Of a DNA stretch of 60,509 nt, positions 1-9,538 are shown piece after piece (the stretch's first letter is position 1; each line of letters starts with the position of its first letter). Under the pieces are notes generated by a model. It was not told the DNA's origin. It worked only from the letters and a program-made list of their open reading frames with translations, and ran no database searches. Both the position numbers and the translations under genes were made by a program. The DNA lies in IMG/VR virus record IMGVR_UViG_3300037504_000266, positions 1 through 60,509 of that record, one strand, 5' to 3'. The stretch comes from a virus (Duplodnaviria; Caudoviricetes).

Positions 1-175
1 TGGGGTCGCCAGTAATCCGGGTCGCTCCATTCCTGAATGTGATAGGGACCAAACCCAAAGCTCGCCATATACCATGCCTGAATGGTACGACTATGTGTTC
101 CCACGCGGACGATCCGCTTTTGTCCCAGGTATTCAGAAAGTAATCGGTGATGCCGCTTATCCCCGGCGGTATAGG
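1..175. repeat. Terminal direct repeat, left copy (circular assembly overlap)
   Basis: 1-175 equals 60335-60509 except A48 vs G60382, a synonymous GGT/GGC Gly change in the junction-spanning gene. Confidence 0.95.
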
Positions 176-482
176 CCATCTCCGCGTCGAAGAAATAGAA
201 CCGTTCCGCCAGCGCAATAAAATCATCCGACACAATCCAGCCAGTAAGCCAACGCAGATCGCGCCCCTGCTGTTTCCAGGCTCGCGCGGTGTCCATGCTG
301 ATCACAGGCGGGCGTTCAATTAGCCAGGGGGTGTACGTGCCGTCATACGTTACAATCGCCGCGTCAATACCGTGCTGGTTTAGCAGCTTCACCCATAGCG
401 CCATGAGCTTGATGCCGCCATTGGCGGCTCCCCAGCCGCGATACCGTGCATTTTCGACACAGGAGAACAGCACGCTAGGCAT
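1..482 (-). CDS. Glycosyltransferase (GT-B/GT4-like), 5' half; continues at 60334-59851
   Basis: ATG at 482 reads MPSVLFSCVENARYRGWGAANGGIKLMALWVKLL. 482+484 = 966 nt stays in frame across the junction (321 aa). Confidence 0.8.
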   Translation of the reverse strand, partial: MPSVLFSCVENARYRGWGAANGGIKLMALWVKLLNQHGIDAAIVTYDGTYTPWLIERPPVISMDTARAWKQQGRDLRWLTGWIVSDDFIALAERFYFFDAEMAYTAGDKRHHRLLSEYLGQKRIVRVGTHSRTIQAWYMASFGFGPYHIQEWSDPDYWRP

Positions 483-1059
483 AGAGCAACTCCCCATACT
501 CGCGCCAGATGCCATCTTGCACCATGACGGGCAATTGCGTAAAGTCACCACGCCGGTCGTGCAACGTGCGTGGCTTCACAGTCAGGCCGGCGAACTCGCT
601 CACGCGGTCGTATGTCTCGGCAGCATCACGCAGCCAGTCATCATAATGAACAAACAGTACGTTGTTGGCACGCTCCCAGGTAGACAAATTACGCTTAAAT
701 CCCAGCTTGTCACCCTGCACCAAATACAACCAGGCGTCTGCTTTGGATGCCTGACTGAGCGCGGTAAACACATCGACGTGATGGGCACTCACTTCCAGGT
801 GACGCAAATGCGGCACCAAATGTCCATCCATGCCCAAGTACATGCTGTGAATAATGTCCCCAATATGTCCCCAGCAAAACACGGCGCGATAGTCGTCGTC
901 CGGTTCATCATAAAACGGTGCATGGGTTTTCACGACGCGCTGCCGGGACAAATCCCACGCTTGCACGTACACCCAGTTGGGCGCGCCGCTCGCCTTGTGC
1001 AACTGGTGTGCCATGACACTGCTGCCACAACGTCCAATAGACGGAACGATAAAGCGCAT
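475..1059 (-). CDS. Sulfotransferase-like protein
   Basis: N-terminal PAPS-loop-like SIGRCGSS, plus KTH and LFVHYDD. TGATG overlap with the epimerase gene. Confidence 0.55.
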   Translation of the reverse strand: MRFIVPSIGRCGSSVMAHQLHKASGAPNWVYVQAWDLSRQRVVKTHAPFYDEPDDDYRAVFCWGHIGDIIHSMYLGMDGHLVPHLRHLEVSAHHVDVFTALSQASKADAWLYLVQGDKLGFKRNLSTWERANNVLFVHYDDWLRDAAETYDRVSEFAGLTVKPRTLHDRRGDFTQLPVMVQDGIWREYGELLYA

Positions 1060-2060
1060 CAGGCACCTGTCCTCACTGCCCGCACTTGTTGCGCAATCCA
1101 GGCATATGTATGGGAGATACCGTCCTCTAGGCAGGTCTGCGGTTCCCACTCAAGCACCGTGCGGCATAGGCTGTTATCGCTGTTGCGCCCACGCACGCCT
1201 TGCGGCCTGCTCAGGTCGTGCCGTTTGTCAACCGATACGCCTGCTACGTGGCCGATCATGTCTACCAGTTCGTTAATACTCACCATACGGTCGCTGCCAA
1301 TATTGAGCGGCTCGCCATAGTCCGAGTGCATCAGCCGGTAGATACCTTCAACACAGTCGTCAATATAGCAGAACGAGCGAGTTTGTTCGCCGTCGCCCCA
1401 CACGTCAATTGCAGGGGCATCCCGATCAGACACCTCGGCGACCTTGCGGCACAGCGCCGCCGGAGCCTTTTCACGTCCTCCCGTCCAGGTCCCCAATGGG
1501 CCATAGATATTGTGAAACCGGGCGATCCGCGTGGTCATGCCATAATCACGGGCGTAGGCTTGCACTAGGCGTTCCGCAAACAGCTTTTCCCACCCATACT
1601 CCGTATCAGGCGCGGCAGGATAGGCGTCCGCCTCTTGCAGCCCCGCCACGTCTTCAGACAGTTGCAGGTGTTCAGGGTAGACACACGCGCTGCTGGTAAA
1701 CAGGTAGCGCTCCGCCCCGGCCTGACGTGCCAGCGAGATAGTATTGATGTTAATCATGGCGTTGCTGGCTAAAATATCAGCATCGTGAAAGGCAATGTAT
1801 CCCATGCCCCCCATATCAGCGGCCAGCGCATAGACTTCATCAAAGCGCATGGACTGGCCTTTTTGCGTTACATTGACAAACGCTAGCGCTGCTTGTCCTG
1901 GTACGCGCAAATCCAGCAACAGAAATTCGTCGGCAGCGGTTGGCGCGAACTCTGGTTCCTTGATGTCTACGCCGCGCACCCAATAGCCACGCGCCTTGAG
2001 ATAGTTCACCAGATGATGACCGATAAACCCCCCGGCCCCGGTCACAAGTGCTCGCTTCAT
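1059..2060 (-). CDS. NAD-dependent epimerase, GDP-mannose 3,5-epimerase-like
   Basis: GAGGFIG, LAADMGGMG, SSACVY, YGWEK (YxxxK) and GGREKAPAA motifs. Confidence 0.9.
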   Translation of the reverse strand: MKRALVTGAGGFIGHHLVNYLKARGYWVRGVDIKEPEFAPTAADEFLLLDLRVPGQAALAFVNVTQKGQSMRFDEVYALAADMGGMGYIAFHDADILASNAMININTISLARQAGAERYLFTSSACVYPEHLQLSEDVAGLQEADAYPAAPDTEYGWEKLFAERLVQAYARDYGMTTRIARFHNIYGPLGTWTGGREKAPAALCRKVAEVSDRDAPAIDVWGDGEQTRSFCYIDDCVEGIYRLMHSDYGEPLNIGSDRMVSINELVDMIGHVAGVSVDKRHDLSRPQGVRGRNSDNSLCRTVLEWEPQTCLEDGISHTYAWIAQQVRAVRTGA

Positions 2061-3394
2061 ACTGTCACCCCCTGGGTTATCGACCCCACGCCGAGTTGAA
2101 TGTGGTTTACATCGTCCTCCGGCATACTATGGAATAGCCGCCAGGGGTCTATCACCGTCTTGCCAGAAAAATTAAGACCGACTAATCCCGCCGGATCGTC
2201 GTGCATTAGGACCACAACGTCCGCATGGTCAATACAACTTTCTGCGCGGGCGGCGAATACTACGCGCTCATGACCAAACAGCTCCTCATCCACAGCAATT
2301 GCAGCCGGATCATAAATCACAATGTGCCGTCCAGCCGCAATGAGCGCCCGTGCCACATACAGCCCGGCACTTTCCTCAGCGCTCGGAGTGTCTTGTTTAT
2401 AGGTCATGCCCAACAGCCCTACTATGCCGGGATGTTGGCTAAGCACAGTGAACAACCATCGGTGCTGCTCGTTGTTGAGGTAATCTGTTGTCTCATACAG
2501 TACATAGGCATCCGACCCCGCCTTTGATGCTGCATAAGCAAGCGCCCGATTATCGCGCGGAAAGCATGGTCCACCGTAAGCCGTCCCCGCCTTGAGGTAT
2601 TTGTGCCCAATCCGGCTATCGCTGCCCATCGCCGCTGTTACGGAGTCTACATGCGCGCCGGGAATGTGACTGCACAGTTGTCCAAGCTGGTTGGCGAACG
2701 TGATTTTCATGGTGATATAGGCGTTCTGTGCAATCTTGGCAATCTCAGCATTGACCCAGTTCATTTGGTGCTCTGGTACGTTGGGCACAGACCGCCCGTG
2801 TATATTCCGGTAGATGCCGGATAGTTCGGCGGCCTCTCGTGCGCCCTCTGCGCCAATTAGCACATAATCCGGCTCCTGGAGGTCGCGCACAACACGTCCC
2901 AGCGCAATAAACGTGGGGCTGTAGCATAACCCAAAATCACGTCCGTGTTCTTTGCTCCCCTGCGGCCCGCCTGCCACGCTGGACGCTTCAATCGTGCGCG
3001 CAAGCTGCGCTGTCTGTCCGGGCATCACGGTAGAGACAATAACGACCAGATGCCACTCACTTTTTGTTGTCAACGCCGCGCCAATAGCACGGGCGACCGG
3101 TTCCAGGTATTCGAGCGTAAAGCCGCCGTCGGGACCACTCGGTGTGGGCACAATGACAAACGTCGCGTCCGTCTCTTGCACGGCTTGGGACACATCCTGT
3201 ATCGCCCGGTATCGCCCCCGGTGTTGGTCGAGTAGCGCTTGCACGCCTGGTTCCTGTATAGGCGCGTGCGCGGCATTAATGGCGTTAACCCTATCCAGGT
3301 CGGTATCCACGCCCACCACGTCATAGCCTGCCGCTGCCAAGACCGCCAGCAACGGGGTCCCCAACTTGCCAAGACCAATGACACTGATGCTCAT
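2057..3394 (-). CDS. UDP-glucose/GDP-mannose dehydrogenase family protein
   Basis: GLGKLG Rossmann motif, VPTP, AEIAK...N and catalytic GGPCFPRD. Confidence 0.92.
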   Translation of the reverse strand: MSISVIGLGKLGTPLLAVLAAAGYDVVGVDTDLDRVNAINAAHAPIQEPGVQALLDQHRGRYRAIQDVSQAVQETDATFVIVPTPSGPDGGFTLEYLEPVARAIGAALTTKSEWHLVVIVSTVMPGQTAQLARTIEASSVAGGPQGSKEHGRDFGLCYSPTFIALGRVVRDLQEPDYVLIGAEGAREAAELSGIYRNIHGRSVPNVPEHQMNWVNAEIAKIAQNAYITMKITFANQLGQLCSHIPGAHVDSVTAAMGSDSRIGHKYLKAGTAYGGPCFPRDNRALAYAASKAGSDAYVLYETTDYLNNEQHRWLFTVLSQHPGIVGLLGMTYKQDTPSAEESAGLYVARALIAAGRHIVIYDPAAIAVDEELFGHERVVFAARAESCIDHADVVVLMHDDPAGLVGLNFSGKTVIDPWRLFHSMPEDDVNHIQLGVGSITQGVTV

Positions 3395-4623
3395 ACGACC
3401 TCCTGGGTCATCTGGGGTGTGTCCTGCGCCACGTCGTAAAAAGTGGGATGTTCGGCGCGATTGACCTCGGCCATAAAGTCCAACACCGGCCTCATGTACC
3501 GATTAAAGACCCGGCGGCTATCATACTGCACGGCAAATTCGCGGGCCTCGTGCCGGAGATGGCTGTTGTTCCGGTGCTCAAAAGCCCATTCCAGCGCCTC
3601 TACAATCTGCGTGGGCGCAATGTGTGCCTGCTCGCTGGCTTGGTATGTCCAGATGCGCCCATCCACATCATCAATCGGGATTTTATAGCCCACCTCGCCC
3701 AGCTCCGCCTGGGCGGAGAAGTCCGATACAATAACAGGGCATCCGCTCGCCTGCGCCTCAACTGCGGGGATACCAAATCCCTCGCCCATCGAGGGTAGCA
3801 ACATCACGTCGGATGCGTTGTACAAGTCATTAAGGGCTTGTTGGGTATACTGTCCCATCAGAAATGGATAGGTGGCCGGGAACCGAAGCGCCGTGCGCGG
3901 GACGCCGTAAATCCCCATCATGTCCGGCAGGTTGTACCCCGCGTGCCAGTCAAACGGCATGGTGTGCATATATAACAATGCGGGCGTATCGGGATGGGCC
4001 TGTAAGAACATGCCCCATGCCTTAATGATCCGGTCCAGGCTTTTGCGGCTTGGATTGCCCTTATTCGCCGCTACCACAGACACAAAGAAGGTGTCCGGGT
4101 CTACTGACCACTTCTGGCGCGCCTGTTGGCGATCCGATGGCACAAAGACCTCGGTGTCAATCGCGTGCGGTACGTAAAAGGGATCAAGCCCTGCCTTGCG
4201 CATCTCACGTTCGCCGTGATTGCTAAACGCTACCTGCCACCGTGCCGCCGCCAGCCCAGCCAGCACTGCGGGCGGGACCGGCTCGTGATCTACCGGACTG
4301 TAGGCTGTCGCCGCCACTTGTCGCAATACCTCTTGTTGCATGACCCAAATATCACACATGAGCCATACCACATCGGGTTTGATCTGCTCGTAGTGCATGG
4401 GCAACACATCATTGCCCCAATCATCCATCCCACGCGGCAAAATGACCGCATTCGCCGTATTGAGCGGCGCACCTTGCAGTCCGTAATTGGCCTGGTTGAA
4501 TACGGTCCACCCTGCCTGCTTCAGCAGTGGGAAGAAGGCCCGTGCCTGAGTCCCATACCCCGTCGGGGACCAGGGCGTATTGCCAACCCATAAAATCTTT
4601 CGCATCGCGTCTCGCTTTGCCAC
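3391..4623 (-). CDS. Glycosyltransferase family 4
   Basis: TGYG N-terminal loop and EGFGIPAVEAQASGCPVIVSD. Confidence 0.9.
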   Translation of the reverse strand: MAKRDAMRKILWVGNTPWSPTGYGTQARAFFPLLKQAGWTVFNQANYGLQGAPLNTANAVILPRGMDDWGNDVLPMHYEQIKPDVVWLMCDIWVMQQEVLRQVAATAYSPVDHEPVPPAVLAGLAAARWQVAFSNHGEREMRKAGLDPFYVPHAIDTEVFVPSDRQQARQKWSVDPDTFFVSVVAANKGNPSRKSLDRIIKAWGMFLQAHPDTPALLYMHTMPFDWHAGYNLPDMMGIYGVPRTALRFPATYPFLMGQYTQQALNDLYNASDVMLLPSMGEGFGIPAVEAQASGCPVIVSDFSAQAELGEVGYKIPIDDVDGRIWTYQASEQAHIAPTQIVEALEWAFEHRNNSHLRHEAREFAVQYDSRRVFNRYMRPVLDFMAEVNRAEHPTFYDVAQDTPQMTQEVV

Positions 4624-4626
4624 TAA

Positions 4627-4647
4627 GGGGCGGGAGCGCCCCGCCCC
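4627..4647 (-). terminator. GC hairpin after the capsid/decoration genes (attenuator or stabiliser)
   Basis: Stem GGGGCGGG/CCCGCCCC with a weak U tract. Confidence 0.45.
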
Positions 4648-4659
4648 ACCTGATTGTCG

Positions 4660-5058
4660 TTATGCGCCAATACCGAGCACGTAATCAAACGTGATGGCTA
4701 CCTGCTGCTCAACCCAATCGCCAGTCTCCTGGTAATCGAGCACCAGCCACTCGCCCGCCGCCATCGTGCCTTCACTGATGGTATAGGCCGAGGGGGTCGC
4801 TGCCGACAGCCGTGAAGCCGTCGCCGTGCCACCCAACGCCGCCGCCACCGTGCCGCCTACCGCCGTGCCGCCCGTGCCAAAGTTGTGCAACGCAAATGCG
4901 CCCGCACTCCCGGCCCCTTGAGCGTTCTGCACCGCGATATAGGCCCGCTTGATTTCCGCCGCAACGGGCGCGCGCCAAAGATGAATTTGCTTGTTGTCTG
5001 CACCGGGATCGCCCACGATCACGGTCACGCTGTGAACAATATCAGAACCAAACGCCAT
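4660..5058 (-). CDS. Probable capsid decoration/cement protein
   Basis: 132 aa, Gly/Ala/Thr-rich beta-type protein directly after the major capsid gene. Confidence 0.55.
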   Translation of the reverse strand: MAFGSDIVHSVTVIVGDPGADNKQIHLWRAPVAAEIKRAYIAVQNAQGAGSAGAFALHNFGTGGTAVGGTVAAALGGTATASRLSAATPSAYTISEGTMAAGEWLVLDYQETGDWVEQQVAITFDYVLGIGA

Positions 5059-5068
5059 GTCAGCCTCC

Positions 5069-5920
5069 TTAAGTGCCCGTCGGCGTGCCAGCCGAGGTAT
5101 AGATGTACTGGCCGAACTCTCCGCGCCGGACGGCTACGCCGTACCACGCGCTCATGTTGAGTTCCCACGCCAGCTTGGAAGCGTCACGCTCCGGCTCTAA
5201 CTGCATCGCCCGGCGCGTATCCAGCGCCAGCGCTTCTGGCACAAACGCCGCACCGTAAGCATCGCTGCTGGAGTCAATGGAGACGTTGCTGGTCTGATAC
5301 CAGTCCACCCCCAGCCAGTTGCCCACGAAGTGCTCGCGGAGTGCCTCATTCGCCACATCGCCCAGGAACGCTTGGTTGCTCGAAGGTTGCCCCAGTTCGG
5401 TCCAGATGTTGTACCACTGGTAGGGATGTAGCACGATGGCGGCACGGCCCGTCGCGTTGCTGGCGCGCAGCTTGGAAAGCGCCGCCGAGCAGTACGCAAT
5501 GCTGGCCGCGCTACCTGATGCGCCCACGCCCGCGTCAAGATCGTCGAACTTGCCGAGCAAGTCCTGGTCAATCTTCTTGGCAATGGCATAGCCCATCTCG
5601 TTCGCCGCGTCCCGGCGGGCATCGTCCGGATCGGTTTCAATCCGCTGATCGGTCAAGATGACCTGCACCATCACATTTGCAGGCGTAACGGTCATCTTGC
5701 TGGTTTTGGTCCATTCAGTCGCGTTGGCGTAGTCTGTGCCTTCGGCAACTTCCTGGGCCGTCAAGGTTGGGTAAATCCCCGCGTAGCGGGTCTGCATACC
5801 CATTGCCGTGTAGTTCGTCACCAATCCCGGCATGAGGGCGCGCTCGCGCGCAACAAACATCGCATCTTCGTAGATGTCCTCAAACAGGCTGTTAAGTGAC
5901 GATACTGTTGAAGTCGTCAT
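5069..5920 (-). CDS. Major capsid protein (HK97 fold)
   Basis: Position after the scaffold gene. Motifs EMGYAIAKKIDQDLL, VLHPYQW and GNWLGV; strong RBS. Confidence 0.85.
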   Translation of the reverse strand: MTTSTVSSLNSLFEDIYEDAMFVARERALMPGLVTNYTAMGMQTRYAGIYPTLTAQEVAEGTDYANATEWTKTSKMTVTPANVMVQVILTDQRIETDPDDARRDAANEMGYAIAKKIDQDLLGKFDDLDAGVGASGSAASIAYCSAALSKLRASNATGRAAIVLHPYQWYNIWTELGQPSSNQAFLGDVANEALREHFVGNWLGVDWYQTSNVSIDSSSDAYGAAFVPEALALDTRRAMQLEPERDASKLAWELNMSAWYGVAVRRGEFGQYIYTSAGTPTGT

Positions 5921-5952
5921 GCTTTCTTACTCCTATATCCAGATGAACGTCG

Positions 5953-6699
5953 TTAATTCTCCGGTGGCGCACCCTTCCATTTCACGCCACCGCTGGACGG
6001 CGGCTGGAACACAGGCGACCTTTTCCAGTTGCGGAAATACTCAGCCTGTCGGTCCGCGTCTGTCCGTCCTACGGGCTGTCCACCTGGGACCGCCGTCGTG
6101 GTACTCGGCGTCTTGCCTGTAATCACGGTTTTGACTTGTTCGGGCTGTGCGCCCTCTTCAACCGGTTCCGGGGATGGGTCTTCCTCCGGCTGGGCGGGCG
6201 TCTCTGCCGTCGGCTTTAAAAACCGTGCGAGTTTTTCTGCATCTTCGCGCAGCTCGTCTACTGTTGCCCCCCGCAAGCGATCAGCCAAAAGCTCACCGCT
6301 ATCATCGTCCAGTGGGACATTCAGGCCATACTCAGCAGCAACCTTGACGCGCTCCACTTGCAACTCGGCTTTTTGGAGCGCCTCTTTATGCTGTGCCTTT
6401 AGCTGCTTCATTTCTTCCCGCAAGTCCTCGGCGAGACGCTGCCAGCCCTCGTCCTCAGCCTTGCGCTTGTCTTGAGCGGCGGCCTGTTGATTGGTCAGGT
6501 CTTCAAACTGCTGACGCAACGTATCCATTTCATCACGCAACTTGCGGTTTTCGACACGACGCCCAGCAGCCTCACTCCGTGCTTCTTTCAGCGCCGCCAC
6601 CAGCTCATCCCGCGTCTCAATATCCTGCCCTGTTTGCGAGCCGCCGCTGTCTGGCTTGCCGTCCTGCGGCTCTTTGGGTGTTTGCTGTTCGTCAGCCAT
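5953..6699 (-). CDS. Scaffolding protein
   Basis: Coiled-coil, acidic; ARSEAAGRR and LRGATVDELREDAEKL; upstream of the capsid gene. Confidence 0.8.
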   Translation of the reverse strand: MADEQQTPKEPQDGKPDSGGSQTGQDIETRDELVAALKEARSEAAGRRVENRKLRDEMDTLRQQFEDLTNQQAAAQDKRKAEDEGWQRLAEDLREEMKQLKAQHKEALQKAELQVERVKVAAEYGLNVPLDDDSGELLADRLRGATVDELREDAEKLARFLKPTAETPAQPEEDPSPEPVEEGAQPEQVKTVITGKTPSTTTAVPGGQPVGRTDADRQAEYFRNWKRSPVFQPPSSGGVKWKGAPPEN

Positions 6700-7090
6700 T
6701 GTGTGTCCTCATCTCAAACAATAACGGTCGTGTGTGCATATCCAGGGCCAAATCCGTCTTGCCCTGCGTCATATTTAAACATTGCCGCATATCCAGCGGC
6801 ATCCCGCGCGCTGCCGATACGTCATGTAACCATTGCGCCAATAGCGGCGGCGGTATAATATGGGTGACAGTGTTGCCGGGTTGGTCTTGGCGCTCATCAT
6901 ATCCCTGAGGATGTCGAATGATACTGTCAGGCGTAGGCGCGCCACGCTTCCACACATCATGCAAGGCATCAAGCCAGCGCCGCTCCCAATGGTGAAATAC
7001 AGCGGTCGCCGCCGCCAGCGCCCGAAACGACACCACGACTGGCTCCCCGCCATTCAGCACTACGCCCCTACTCATAATATTGCTGCGCAT
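6692..7090 (-). CDS. Hypothetical protein in the head module
   Basis: Overlaps both neighbouring genes in the operon. Confidence 0.6.
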   Translation of the reverse strand: MRSNIMSRGVVLNGGEPVVVSFRALAAATAVFHHWERRWLDALHDVWKRGAPTPDSIIRHPQGYDERQDQPGNTVTHIIPPPLLAQWLHDVSAARGMPLDMRQCLNMTQGKTDLALDMHTRPLLFEMRTHNG

Positions 7091-8114
7091 CAGTTCCCAA
7101 TAACTCCACTAGCGACGGCGCGCCACGCATGGCCCCATAGACGGAGTCGGCATATTCCCGGCTCAAATCGTCCCACGTCACTGCGCCATCCTGTAATGCG
7201 CGGTAAAGCGCCTGGTTGCCGCTGAATACTTCAGCGCGGTCGGCGTCTGAGAGACTGTTAAAGGCATCCGGGCCACGCTTTACCGTGCGCCACCAGTTTG
7301 TCCCCTCGACAATCGGCAGTTCGGTGCAGCGGCCCCGGTGATGGTCGTTCAAATATTCATCTAATCCGTGCCGGCTCCCGTGCATAGCCCAACAACTTGG
7401 ACAGGTCCGCGTATCACGCGCACTCCACCAAACCCATCCCGTAACAATCCGGCTGTTCGCTGCATACGTGCCATGACTGCCCAAACGCCACCCCCATAAC
7501 TGGGCCGTGCGCGTGGCGTTCTCGGCCCACGAATACGGCACGCTCCACCATGCGCTAACAAGGCGCGCAATCGCAGCAGGCGACTTTCCTTGTGCTGTTC
7601 CCAGTAGTAGCATATCGGCCAATCCCTGAGCGGCCTGTTCGCCAAATGCTTGCCAGTTCGCCCGAAATGCCTCACTGTCTACAATGTCGAGTATTCGCGC
7701 CAGTGTATCTGCTGTTGGGCGCAACCATGCCGCCTCAACAACCGCCGCACTGTTCCCCGCTAGAGCCAGCGCCAGCGATTCCGCCGTATCCGCCCCCAGC
7801 AACAACCCGTCATCCCATAGGCCGTCTGCTGCATCCCGCACCAATGCGGCAAAGTCGTCTAGCTCTGTTTCCACCTGTCGAATAAGACGGCGAAATTGCG
7901 CTAGGCTACGCAACTGTTGCGTGCCAACTGGTTCGCCCATTGCCTGACGCCGATCCAGTTCGTCGGTCAAGTCTTGGGCCGCTCTGCGCAAGTCGGGCAA
8001 TCGGCGTTCATACGCCGCCAGCAATCGAGCAGCGACCGGCTCATATTGCTGCGCCAGGTCGATGCGCCAATCCCGTCGCCCCGTGATCAGGGCCTCAATA
8101 TCGAAGACGGTCAT
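7068..8114 (-). CDS. Minor head protein (MuF/SPP1 gp7-like)
   Basis: W...D.RTCPSC...HG...HHRGRC motif, following the portal. Confidence 0.85.
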   Translation of the reverse strand: MTVFDIEALITGRRDWRIDLAQQYEPVAARLLAAYERRLPDLRRAAQDLTDELDRRQAMGEPVGTQQLRSLAQFRRLIRQVETELDDFAALVRDAADGLWDDGLLLGADTAESLALALAGNSAAVVEAAWLRPTADTLARILDIVDSEAFRANWQAFGEQAAQGLADMLLLGTAQGKSPAAIARLVSAWWSVPYSWAENATRTAQLWGWRLGSHGTYAANSRIVTGWVWWSARDTRTCPSCWAMHGSRHGLDEYLNDHHRGRCTELPIVEGTNWWRTVKRGPDAFNSLSDADRAEVFSGNQALYRALQDGAVTWDDLSREYADSVYGAMRGAPSLVELLGTDAQQYYE

Positions 8115-9538
8115 CTTGCGGGTCGCATTCTGTCAGGGCCAAAGCTACCCGACTCATTCAATCGCCGCAGCATCCCCACCAGCAAATCGGTGTTCTGGCT
8201 GCCCTCTTGTACCATGCGCTTTTGTTCTTGATCGTAATCCCGCCCCAGGTCCGTTACCAACGTCCGGTCGCTGGTAAGGCCGATCTGCTGTTCTTCTGCA
8301 ATTGCCTTCACTTGCTCGCTGCGATCATTCGGGATCGGGTCCTGCCACTCCACAATCGGCATATCGGTGTCGGCAAACCCCATCATCACCAGCGCGCGGC
8401 GCGAAATTTCTGCCAGCCCCTTGCCATACAAGCCACGTTTGGTGTTTGTCAAATCCAACTGGTCGCCATACAACACACGTAACCCAAAGTTCGTTAGCTG
8501 GCCCACCTTGTCTTTCTGGCTGGCCCAATCCACTACGCGCATTTCCGTAAAAAAGGCGGAACGCAACAAAGCATACATCTCAAGCGACGACCGCAAATCA
8601 CCTTTCATTTCAAGATTGAAGACATTACCATCCTGCGGAATTTCATACAGGCCGTCGACCGCCGACTCTTCGATATTGTCCAGGTTGAAATCGGCAAAAG
8701 TCGCCGGGTGTGCATGAAACTTAATGATCCGCGCCGTATTGGACGCAATAAAATTCACCTGATCATTGAGGTGATGGTGCTTGAGATCACTCGGTCCGTA
8801 AAATGTATGCGGCAAGGGCGCGTTCTTCCATTGCACAATAGGCGGAAAAGGATATTCCCACATATCGCGCCCCACTTCTTCCCACCGATCCCGCGCGTTG
8901 CTGCGCTGAATGTATTCCAGAATGACCCAGGGGGCCTCCGGGTCGGGTATCTTGCGTCCCATTTCGTCTTCGGGGGCATCCGGTAATATCCAGGCTGGTA
9001 CCACGTCCTGCCGCCGAACCTCGTCCAATTCCTTGTATTCCCACTGCAGCCGATACCACAACGGGCGCGATACATCATGCGCGCCCCACATGGCGGTTAC
9101 GTAGCGCGCGTCCAACAGCGCCGCACGCGGCAATGGGTCAACGTCCAGCAACTTAACAAACGTGTGGCCGGACACAAATCCCGCCAGGCCGATATTATGC
9201 AAGAAATCGTCTAGTCCGATAGCATCCCAAAATGCAGTAAGGGCCTGCTGTGCGGGCGATTCATCGCCTGGCTGAGGTGTTTCGCCCGGTAGCATAATGG
9301 TGGGGACATCGGGCGCAAGAAAGAATGCCACCGCTTTATTAATGCCCTGGGCGCACAAGTTGACAATAGTGTTGCTCTGCCTGTCTCTGAGCGGGGCATG
9401 GTGCTGGCCCCCGTAATACCGCCAGTACGTATCCAGCGCCTTTTTTCGCGCTTTACGTTCGGTATCTGCTGCCTCGTCGATGCGCTGGGCTTCGCGATCC
9501 TCAGGAAGCCAATAACGTGCGGGTACTACTGGCATCAC
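8111..9538 (-). CDS. Portal protein (SPP1 gp6-like)
   Basis: YWRYYGGQH, IVNLC and GPSDL; 475 aa following the large terminase. Confidence 0.85.
   Translation of the reverse strand: MMPVVPARYWLPEDREAQRIDEAADTERKARKKALDTYWRYYGGQHHAPLRDRQSNTIVNLCAQGINKAVAFFLAPDVPTIMLPGETPQPGDESPAQQALTAFWDAIGLDDFLHNIGLAGFVSGHTFVKLLDVDPLPRAALLDARYVTAMWGAHDVSRPLWYRLQWEYKELDEVRRQDVVPAWILPDAPEDEMGRKIPDPEAPWVILEYIQRSNARDRWEEVGRDMWEYPFPPIVQWKNAPLPHTFYGPSDLKHHHLNDQVNFIASNTARIIKFHAHPATFADFNLDNIEESAVDGLYEIPQDGNVFNLEMKGDLRSSLEMYALLRSAFFTEMRVVDWASQKDKVGQLTNFGLRVLYGDQLDLTNTKRGLYGKGLAEISRRALVMMGFADTDMPIVEWQDPIPNDRSEQVKAIAEEQQIGLTSDRTLVTDLGRDYDQEQKRMVQEGSQNTDLLVGMLRRLNESGSFGPDRMRPAR

Noticed and set aside
289-1320. Long plus-strand ORFs antisense to real genes (also 45379-46416, 51511-52377, 28511-29263 on minus, and others)
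   Set aside because: Shadow ORFs of GC-rich coding strands. They have no motifs or RBS, while the opposite strand has recognisable coupled genes.
1059-4623. Host capsule/LPS locus flanking a prophage
   Set aside because: The genes are co-oriented and embedded between capsid and neck genes of a circular contig, so they are phage-borne.
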